64,000 bases of DNA. Source: Rhodospirillales bacterium. GTDB lineage: Bacteria > Pseudomonadota > Alphaproteobacteria > Rhodospirillales > UBA2165. Location of the stretch: positions 293 to 64,292 of the forward strand of contig JAPPFK010000152.1 of NCBI GenBank assembly GCA_028823885.1, read 5' to 3'. The notes beneath the pieces were generated by a model. That model made no database searches and was not told the origin of the DNA. It worked only from the letters and a program-made list of their open reading frames with translations. A program made the translations under genes and the position numbers. Shown here in pieces: positions 35,010 through 44,069 of the stretch (position 1 is its first letter; each line of letters opens with the position of its first letter).

Positions 35010-36908
35010 ATGAAGATCAACCGCGCGCATATCGCCTTCGGCCATGACGTCATCATGGCGGCGGCATCTTTTTTTCTGTCGCTGTTTCTGCGTCTCGGCG
35101 ACGACATCGTCTTCTATGACGGGATGACCCTCTATCTCAGTGCCGGGGTGTTCACCGTCGTTGCCGGTTCGGTGTTCTGGTCGATGCGGATGTATCGGGG
35201 CGTCTGGCGTTATGCATCGCTCAATGACCTGATGCTGATCACCAAATCGGCGACGCTCGCGATCTTGATCTTCCTGGTCATCATGTTCGTCGCCACCCGG
35301 CTGGAAGATCTGCCGCGATCCCTGCCGTTCATCAACTGGTTCGTCCTGATGGCGCTTTTGGGCGCACCCAGATTCATCTACCGGATTGCAAAGGACGGCC
35401 GATTCGAGCTGCGCCTCGATCCGGCCGCCGACAGCCGGGTGCCCGTGCTGCTGGCCGGCGCCGGCGACGGCGCCGAGATGTTCATCCGCGCCATGACGCG
35501 GCCCGACGCGAACTACCGGGTGGTCGGCATCGTGGCCCGGACACCCGGACGGGTCGGCCGGAATATCCACGACGTCGAGGTCATGGGAACCATCGGCGAA
35601 TTGGCCGGCGTCCACGCCACGCTCAAGTCCCGCGGCCCGGCGCCGCAGCGGCTGATCGTCGCCGAAGAGACCTTCGACGGCGAGCAGTTGCGCGGCCTCC
35701 TGGACGAGGCCGGGGCGTTGGGCATGGTGCTCGCCCGCCTCCCCTCGCTGACCGATTTTCACCAGGGCATCGAAACCAAAATCGAGGTCCGGCCCGTCGA
35801 CGTCGAGGATTTGCTGGGCCGGCCCCAGACCAGACTGGACCGGAAGCCCGTGGAAGAGCTGATTTCCGGCAGGCGGGTGCTGATCACCGGGGCCGGAGGA
35901 AGTATCGGCGCGGAACTCGTCCGGCAGGTCTCCGAATTGGGCCCGGTCCACCTGTCGCTGCTCGACAACTCGGAATACAACCTCTTCACCATCGACAGGC
36001 AATTGGCGGAGGCGCAACCCGAACTGCCGCGGGATGCATCCATCGCCGATGTCCGGGACCGGCCCGCGATCGAACGGCTTTTCGCCGAACTCCGGCCCGA
36101 CATCGTGTTTCATGCCGCGGCGCTGAAGCATGTTCCCATGGTCGAGGCCAATCCGCTGGAAGGATTAGCGACAAACGCCGTCGGCACGGCCAACGTGCTC
36201 GATGCCGGCCGCCGGGCCGGTGTCCGCGTTTTCGTCCAAATCTCGACCGACAAGGCGGTCAATCCGACCAATGTGATGGGGGCGTCGAAGCGCATCGCGG
36301 AGACCTATTGCCAGGCCACCGACCTGGAGGCCGCCGACGGCGACCCCGCGGTGGTCACCGTCCGGTTCGGCAACGTCCTCGGCTCCACCGGATCGGTCGT
36401 CGAGCTTTTCCGCCGGCAATTGGCTGGGGGCGGTCCGTTGACCGTCACCCACCCGGAGATGAAGCGGTATTTCATGACCGTCCAGGAGGCGGTCGAACTG
36501 GTTCTCCAGGCCGCCGCCCTGGGGCCCGAGGACGGCGCCAGGTCGGGGAAGATATATGTTCTCGACATGGGCGAGCCGGTCCGGATCGTCGATCTCGCCA
36601 ATCAAATGATCCGGCTTGCGGGATACACGCCGGGGGAACAGGTGAAGATCGAGTATTGCGGCGTCCGTCCCGGGGAAAAGCTGTTCGAGGAAATCTTCCA
36701 TGGCGCCGAGCCGCCCGTCCCGACATCCTGCGAGGGACTGCTGCTGGCCTCGCCCCGCGCCGTTCCATTGGCTGAGGTCCGCGGCGAACTCGGGAAATTG
36801 GAAGAGGCCTGCAGGAACGGAGAACTGGAGGCCGCCCGGGCGGTGGTCGGCCGGCTGGTGCCGGAATACGCGCCCACAGCCGCCGAGAACGTCGAAGCCG
36901 CCCAATAA
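35010..36908 (+). CDS. membrane-anchored UDP-HexNAc 4,6-dehydratase (CapD/WbpM/PglF family)
   Basis: 632 aa with four N-terminal TM helices, then two Rossmann regions (VLLAGAGDGAEMF; VLITGAGGSIGAEL) and the STDKAVNPTNVMGASKR motif. Confidence 0.85.
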   Translation: MKINRAHIAFGHDVIMAAASFFLSLFLRLGDDIVFYDGMTLYLSAGVFTVVAGSVFWSMRMYRGVWRYASLNDLMLITKSATLAILIFLVIMFVATRLEDLPRSLPFINWFVLMALLGAPRFIYRIAKDGRFELRLDPAADSRVPVLLAGAGDGAEMFIRAMTRPDANYRVVGIVARTPGRVGRNIHDVEVMGTIGELAGVHATLKSRGPAPQRLIVAEETFDGEQLRGLLDEAGALGMVLARLPSLTDFHQGIETKIEVRPVDVEDLLGRPQTRLDRKPVEELISGRRVLITGAGGSIGAELVRQVSELGPVHLSLLDNSEYNLFTIDRQLAEAQPELPRDASIADVRDRPAIERLFAELRPDIVFHAAALKHVPMVEANPLEGLATNAVGTANVLDAGRRAGVRVFVQISTDKAVNPTNVMGASKRIAETYCQATDLEAADGDPAVVTVRFGNVLGSTGSVVELFRRQLAGGGPLTVTHPEMKRYFMTVQEAVELVLQAAALGPEDGARSGKIYVLDMGEPVRIVDLANQMIRLAGYTPGEQVKIEYCGVRPGEKLFEEIFHGAEPPVPTSCEGLLLASPRAVPLAEVRGELGKLEEACRNGELEAARAVVGRLVPEYAPTAAENVEAAQ

Positions 36909-37002
36909 TCGGCACCCTCGGTGAGGTTCCCGCTGGCCGCCGAAAGGCGGCTTTGCTATACCCCCATCGTCCCTCACCACTCCTCCCCGGAGTATCCATT
37001 TC

Positions 37003-38574
<1,572 letters not shown>

Positions 38575-38600
38575 CCGGCCCCGACGCCCAGTTCAGCGAG

Positions 38601-38627
38601 GAGCCGCCGCCGGGCGGCTCTTTTTTT
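38601..38627 (+). terminator. rho-independent terminator of purH
   Basis: GAGCCGCC-gccg-GGCGGCTC (8-bp GC stem) followed by TTTTTTT, 27 nt after the purH stop. Confidence 0.7.
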
Positions 38628-38757
38628 GCGTTTTTGCGCAAAAACAGCGCCCGGGCGCGGCGCGGTTCCCTCTAACCTATTGAAATATAGTAATTATTTG
38701 AATCCCGGCCAAACGGGCCGGGGATCGAATTATTTTGCGCTTTTTGCGGACCGGCGC

Positions 38758-39378
38758 CTAAAACTTCCGGTCCTGGACCAATTCCTCGCTCATCCTGCCC
38801 TGGCGGAGGTATTGGCCCAGCAGATGCATCAGCGCCTGATGGGTGTCTTCGATCACCCCGTAATTGTCGGCATCCACGTGCAGGTTGACGTCGGCCAGCC
38901 CGGCGGACCGGCCGCCGGAGAACCCGGTCATGGAGATGACCTCGAGCCCGTTGTCCTTCGCCCACTGGACGGCGCGCACGACGTTTTCGGAATCGCCGGA
39001 TGAACTGACGGTGATCAGCGCATCCCCAGCCCGGGCATTGAGAGACAACTGATGGGAAAACACCTCGGCATAGTCGATGTCGTTCGCGATCGCCGTGATC
39101 ACGGGGATGTTCGTCGTCAGGGAATGAACATGGGGAAGCAGGCCCGTATCCTGCGCCAGGAGCTTGCCGTGATCGGCAACCAGATGATTGGCGATGGCCG
39201 CCGAGCCGCCGTTGCCGCACACCCAGAGGGTGCCGCCCCGCTCGTGCAGGCCGGCGAGAATTTCCGCCGCTTCGGCGAGTTTGTCGCGGTCGACGCTGGC
39301 CGCCGCCTTCCGCCATTCGGCGAAATAGGCGTCGGCAAAACCGCCGATATCGGAGAACTTCCTGTCCGGAAACGTCAT
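38758..39378 (-). CDS. SIS-domain sugar-phosphate isomerase (GmhA/DiaA-like)
   Basis: 206 aa: LWVCGNGGSAAIANHLVADH, ALITVSSSGDSENV, typical SIS motifs. Confidence 0.75.
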   Translation of the reverse strand: MTFPDRKFSDIGGFADAYFAEWRKAAASVDRDKLAEAAEILAGLHERGGTLWVCGNGGSAAIANHLVADHGKLLAQDTGLLPHVHSLTTNIPVITAIANDIDYAEVFSHQLSLNARAGDALITVSSSGDSENVVRAVQWAKDNGLEVISMTGFSGGRSAGLADVNLHVDADNYGVIEDTHQALMHLLGQYLRQGRMSEELVQDRKF

Positions 39379-39445
39379 GGGCGGTGTATCCCTCGATCGG
39401 CCTCTCTCATCAACGGCTGCTTCAACCGGAGTTCCAATGGCAGCC

Positions 39446-40684
39446 TCACCTCCTGGCGTCCGTCACCGTCACCAGCAGCGCAGCGCCGACGGCGAAAAAC
39501 ACGATGATGGTCGCCATGCCCCAGCGCTGGCTTTCGGTCAGCGCGGTGACGAGGCCGAACAGGAACGGCCCCAGAAATGCGGTCGCCTTGCCGGAAAAGG
39601 CGTACAGGCCGAACATCTCCGTCCGCATGCCCTCCGGCGCCAAGTGCGCCATCATCGACCGGCTGGCTGCCTGCGCCGGCCCGACGAACAGGCCGAGCAC
39701 CGCGCCCAGAACCAGGAACACGGTCTTGTCGGTGACCGCCAGCACGACCGCGCCGGTGACGATCAGGCCGGCCAGCGAGATCAAGATGGTTCGTTTGGGC
39801 CCGATCCAGTCGTCGATCCACGCGAACGCCGCCGCGCCCAGGCCCGCCGTCACGTTGATGGCGACGGCGAACTGCAGGACCTCGGCGGTGCTCATTCCGA
39901 AGGCGCCGGCGGCGAACACGCCGCCCATGGCGAACAGGGTCACGAGGCCGTCATTGTAGATCAGCCGGGCGATCAGGAACCGGAGGATGTCCCCGTATTT
40001 CCCGATGCCCTTGAGGGTCGTCCACAGCAGCGCGAGCCCGTCGCGCACGGCCCGGCCCATGGGCAGCCCCTGCGCCGGCACATCCGGCGTAAACAGGAAC
40101 AGGGGAATGGAAAACACCCCGAACCATGCGGCGACGAGCACCGAGGTCGCCCGGATCTGCTCGATGGAAGAGGTATCGAAACCGGCGAGGATGACCACCA
40201 GACAGGCGAGCCCGCCGACATAGCCGAGCCCCCACGCCCACCCGGAGACCCGGCCGATCATCCCCTTGGGCGCCAGGTCCGGCAGCATGGCGTTGTAGAA
40301 GACAATCGCCATTTCGAAGCCGATATTGGCGAGCACCACCAGACTGAGCGCCGCCAGAATGAACGCCGCGTCGGGCTCGATGAACCACAACAGCGCGGTC
40401 GCGGCGACCGACAGATAGGTAAACCCGAAGATCCAGGGCTTTCGCCGCCCGCCCTTGTCGGCGATGGCGCCCAGGACCGGCGCCAGGATGGCGATGGCCA
40501 GCCCCGAGGCCGAAATGGCGAAGCCCCACTGGGCGGTGCCGGATACCTCGTCGACGGCCACCGACTTGGCGAAGTAGGTGGCGAAAACGAAAGTGATGAT
40601 GATCGTGGTGAAGGCCGAGTTGGCCCAATCGTAAAAACACCACGCCGCGATGCCGCGTTTGCCAGAAGAATACGGACTATTCAC
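39446..40684 (-). CDS. MFS transporter (UMF1/Atg22-like family)
   Basis: 412 aa, about 12 TM segments, family-typical N-terminus AAWCFYDWANSAFTT. Confidence 0.8.
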   Translation of the reverse strand: MNSPYSSGKRGIAAWCFYDWANSAFTTIIITFVFATYFAKSVAVDEVSGTAQWGFAISASGLAIAILAPVLGAIADKGGRRKPWIFGFTYLSVAATALLWFIEPDAAFILAALSLVVLANIGFEMAIVFYNAMLPDLAPKGMIGRVSGWAWGLGYVGGLACLVVILAGFDTSSIEQIRATSVLVAAWFGVFSIPLFLFTPDVPAQGLPMGRAVRDGLALLWTTLKGIGKYGDILRFLIARLIYNDGLVTLFAMGGVFAAGAFGMSTAEVLQFAVAINVTAGLGAAAFAWIDDWIGPKRTILISLAGLIVTGAVVLAVTDKTVFLVLGAVLGLFVGPAQAASRSMMAHLAPEGMRTEMFGLYAFSGKATAFLGPFLFGLVTALTESQRWGMATIIVFFAVGAALLVTVTDARR

Positions 40685-40766
40685 CTGAGTATCCTGACCA
40701 CTTCATCGTCAACCCATAGTCTATAATCCACCTAAAAACTCCTCCTTCAATTAGCAAGAATCGTTT

Positions 40767-42119
40767 ATGCATCTTAATCGGGGGTTTTCACCGATGAATG
40801 TGAATAAATATGTCGAGCTGGCTGTCGCGACTGATCGCCTTGATACCACAGGTCTAAATGCCAAGACCATGCCATTGCTTGGCTTGGCAGCAGAAATTGG
40901 TCTCCTGCTCGCAGAAATGCAAAAGGAGGTGCAAGTCTTGAGTGGTGCTAGTGGAACGAAGGGACTGTCGCCAAACCTTATGATCCAAGGCGAAGTTAAG
41001 AAAAAGCTCGGAAATATTATCTGGCACGTGGTTGCAATTGCTAGACGCGCAGGATTGGATTTCCAGAAGGACATACTACTAGGCAACTTGAACAAACTGG
41101 CCGGCAAACCCCCGGTGGTATCTACGGTTCCACGAGAGGCATTTGTTCGCCGGCAAAAATTGGTCAAGCTGTTGAACCGATCCGGTGATGATGCCGCCGC
41201 GACATTCAATCGCTACCAAGCCTGCGCCTGGGCCACGTCCAAGTACAAAACGAAATCCCGCGCGCTGGTTTACTTGGTCCAAATTTCACAAAATGGCAGC
41301 GAGTTAATCTCACGACTCGATTTGGCCCGACCACGTTTCGATGCCAATCAAAGATCCATAACCGCGGACAGCCTAGGCGACGTCATGTGGTACGTGGCCG
41401 CAATTGCACGAGTGTATTCCTTGCAATTGAACGATGTAGTCGCCGACAACATCAAACTTATCTACTCTCGGTGGCCGCCCAGGAAACACCGTAAACCCTC
41501 CGGGCTTTATGATTCCGAAGCTCCTGAACTTCAACAAATTCCTCGAAAATTCACTGTTGAATTCATTGACTGGGCCGTGGGCACAAAGATGCCCCGCAAG
41601 GCGATTATGTTGATTGACGGCGTGGTCGTTGGAGACCAGCTAACTGACAATTCGTACGATGATGATGGGTATCGCTTTCATGACGCTCTCCATCTAGCCA
41701 ATCTCGCTATTCTTGGTTGGTCCCCGGTCTTTCGGTCACTGCTTAAGCGAAAACGAAAATATGATCCTCAAATTGATGAGGTTGAAGATGGGGCGCGGGC
41801 TCAAATTGTTGAAGAAGCGATAGTGAAAATAACGCACTCCTATGCGTCCAAAATTGGTGGTGAGAATCTCTTAAACAATCAGAAGAATGTTCGATTTGAG
41901 CTTCTGAAGTGGATTCGTGAGCTTGCAGAGGGTCATGAAGTCGCTGGAGCTGATGGGAGGACCCACCCCTGCGAATATTGGGAGTGGGAAAGGGCGATTC
42001 TAGAGGGATTTAGGGTCTACGGCCTGTTACGAGCGAATGGGGGAGGGCGAGTAAGTGTGAATTTGGAACAACGATCAATTAAGTTCCGGCGGCACCGGAA
42101 AAAAGCCGTTAGAATTTAG
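40767..42119 (+). CDS. tandem MazG/HisE-like NTP pyrophosphohydrolase-fold protein with extra C-terminal domain
   Basis: 450 aa (alternative ATG 40794 with GGGGG upstream). Repeat 1 is LGLAAEIGLLLAEMQKE, then KLGNIIWHVVAIARRAGLDF. Repeat 2 is NGSELISRL, then SLGDVMWYVAAIARVYSLQLNDVVADNIKLIYSRW. The C-terminal ~160 aa include GYRFHDALHLANLAILGW. AT-richer DNA than the flanks. Confidence 0.55.
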   Translation: MHLNRGFSPMNVNKYVELAVATDRLDTTGLNAKTMPLLGLAAEIGLLLAEMQKEVQVLSGASGTKGLSPNLMIQGEVKKKLGNIIWHVVAIARRAGLDFQKDILLGNLNKLAGKPPVVSTVPREAFVRRQKLVKLLNRSGDDAAATFNRYQACAWATSKYKTKSRALVYLVQISQNGSELISRLDLARPRFDANQRSITADSLGDVMWYVAAIARVYSLQLNDVVADNIKLIYSRWPPRKHRKPSGLYDSEAPELQQIPRKFTVEFIDWAVGTKMPRKAIMLIDGVVVGDQLTDNSYDDDGYRFHDALHLANLAILGWSPVFRSLLKRKRKYDPQIDEVEDGARAQIVEEAIVKITHSYASKIGGENLLNNQKNVRFELLKWIRELAEGHEVAGADGRTHPCEYWEWERAILEGFRVYGLLRANGGGRVSVNLEQRSIKFRRHRKKAVRI

Positions 42120-42182
42120 TCCAGTAGGCGCAAGTCCAACTAACTATACCCTCCCCTCATTGACTGAGTTTGAGAATCCAGA

Positions 42183-43268
42183 ATGAGCAAAAAAAAACAA
42201 CTAACGTTTGCGAACATGTCGCCGAACCCGCTGGAAATCAATTCTGCTGGCAAATCGGAAACCAGGAGTTCTTCTTCAAGACCTACAACTCTACGTTCGA
42301 GACGACCGAGATCTACGCAGGTCTTCGAAACTTACTGGAAGTTTGCTGCGAAGCGACAGGAACTTTTTTTTGCAAGAATTGAGCACCCGAACCAGGGCTT
42401 TTGGACCGATGACCCCATTCTCCAAGAGCACAAATTTACAAATGCATATCGTGCCTCGGATCGCGTTAGCCAGTATTTGATTCGACAGGTGATTTATGGC
42501 GGAGACTTCGATCTCCAAGATACGGTCTTCCGAATCCTGCTGTTCAAGTTCTTCAACAAAATCGAGACCTGGGAGCACCTGGAACGTCAACTCGGGCCTA
42601 TAACTTGGTCAAGCTATGATTATTCGGCATATGACAGTGCGTTGACAAAATTGCTCGATCGAAAACAAACGATCTACTCCGCTGCCTACATAATGGCATC
42701 CGGTCGGTCAGCCTTCGGAGAATCTAGAAAGCATCGGAACCACCTGAAAATAATTCAAAAAATGATGGACGATCGACTTCCAGACCGAATTTACCAGTCC
42801 CCAAACTTGAAATATGTCTACGAGACTCTAATCGAATTTCCAGCAGTCGGGCCCTTCTTTGGCTTCCAACTGACTATCGACTTGAACTACTCAGAAATTC
42901 TCCAATTCGATGAGAACGATTTTGTAGTAGCTGGTCCTGGCGCATTAGACGGCATTAGGAAGTGCTTCGAGGACACTGGAGATATGTCCGCTCCAGACAT
43001 CATTCGATTTGCCACTGACTATCAACACCAAGCATTTGATGATCTCGACATTGATTTTCGAGATTTATGGGGAAGGCCTCTACATTTAATCGACTGTCAG
43101 AATTTGTTCTGCGAGGTCGACAAGTATGCGCGAGTAGCGCATCCGGAGTTCACCGGGAAGAGTGGACGAAAGCGTATAAAGCAAAAATTCAGACCGAATC
43201 TGCGCCCAATCAGCTATTGGTATCCGCCAAAGTGGGGACTAAACGAGAAAATTGCCGGAACGGCCTAG
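42183..43268 (+). CDS. aGPT-pyrophosphorylase-like protein (predicted DNA base hypermodification family)
   Basis: 361 aa. The block FETYWKFAAKRQELFFAR, then WTDDPILQEHKFTNAYRASDRVSQYLIRQVIY, then RILLFKFFNKIETW is recognised from memory as the signature of that family. Needs profile confirmation. Confidence 0.5.
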   Translation: MSKKKQLTFANMSPNPLEINSAGKSETRSSSSRPTTLRSRRPRSTQVFETYWKFAAKRQELFFARIEHPNQGFWTDDPILQEHKFTNAYRASDRVSQYLIRQVIYGGDFDLQDTVFRILLFKFFNKIETWEHLERQLGPITWSSYDYSAYDSALTKLLDRKQTIYSAAYIMASGRSAFGESRKHRNHLKIIQKMMDDRLPDRIYQSPNLKYVYETLIEFPAVGPFFGFQLTIDLNYSEILQFDENDFVVAGPGALDGIRKCFEDTGDMSAPDIIRFATDYQHQAFDDLDIDFRDLWGRPLHLIDCQNLFCEVDKYARVAHPEFTGKSGRKRIKQKFRPNLRPISYWYPPKWGLNEKIAGTA

Positions 43269-43273
43269 TATGG

Positions 43274-44050
43274 CTATTCGGCTAGCGCTCTACATTCTGC
43301 AAGCAATGCATTTACGGCCGCCCGATTTGCGTTGGCTGGTGTATCTATAATTGCGTGTGTGGAAATCACCGTTAGTCCACCTAAGTCAACGCCCGTCTCA
43401 TCACCGACAAATTTCATCAGCCAACCCAAGCCAAGCAAGTTCCCATACAGGCGCTGGATATAGTAGTGATTTCGATAGACCGCGGTTAGTTCCAAGGTAG
43501 TCTTATTTACCAGCTTGAAACTGAGATGACTTAGGCACGGTCCTCCAATTAGCCGATTTTCATCCCTCCCTGCATCGTAGGTTGAGATATCCGCGTCCAC
43601 ACCAGTGATCGGCAGTTCCAATGCGTTCCCATGAGTAGCATCTGCCGCCGCTTCTCTAGCAATTTTGTCAACAAGATTGTTGAGCCGATTTTCGCCGTGA
43701 CCAACCGTTGAGCCGGTCATCATTCGATTAAAATACGTCCCCCACGAACCTCGCTTAAGGCGGGGAAAAGCCCTCTCGTACCGCGCATAGAATTCAGGAT
43801 TTCCATACCTTGCATAGATATTCTGGGGAAAAATCAGATTTGCCGTCGATCGCGTGTCCTTCAGCCCGCTGGCAACCAAAAATTTGTCAAGGAGGTCTCG
43901 CGCCGCTTTGTCAGTTTCCGACTCCACAATCGGGTCTACGACTTCGATGACGATATTCCGAGATTGGCGGCCGTCCTGGGCATCCACGTGGTTTACAGCT
44001 CTGAGCCAAGCGTCGCCATTGCTGGTGCATGATCCAATGATTGCTGACAC
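43274..44050 (-). CDS. divergent thymidylate-synthase/pyrimidine-hydroxymethylase-fold protein
   Basis: 258 aa, GTG start 20 nt after the gdh stop. Collinear with ThyA landmarks by eye: WGTYFNRM, NRLNNLVDKI, GGPCLSHLSFKLV (nucleophile Cys), LELTAVYRNHYYIQRLYGNLLGLGWLMKFV, ISTHAII. Confidence 0.45.
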   Translation of the reverse strand: MSAIIGSCTSNGDAWLRAVNHVDAQDGRQSRNIVIEVVDPIVESETDKAARDLLDKFLVASGLKDTRSTANLIFPQNIYARYGNPEFYARYERAFPRLKRGSWGTYFNRMMTGSTVGHGENRLNNLVDKIAREAAADATHGNALELPITGVDADISTYDAGRDENRLIGGPCLSHLSFKLVNKTTLELTAVYRNHYYIQRLYGNLLGLGWLMKFVGDETGVDLGGLTVISTHAIIDTPANANRAAVNALLAECRALAE

Positions 44051-44069
44051 GCGGCCCCCGCTCCCGCCA

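Noticed and set aside
36909-37002. Looked for a ZTP (pfl) riboswitch upstream of purH.
   Set aside because: The 94-nt leader lacks the conserved pfl sub-domains (GGGTCGTGACTGGCG and CCGCCTGGGCA types). It contains only a short hairpin, GGCCGCC-gaaa-GGCGGC, with a weak T-tract, possibly a leaky terminator of the capD-like gene.
40690-44055. Calling the AT-richer three-gene cassette a prophage remnant, integrative element or IS.
   Set aside because: No integrase, transposase, tRNA target, terminal inverted repeats or flanking direct repeats could be found by eye at either boundary. Only the compositional shift supports foreign origin, so no mobile_element feature is called.
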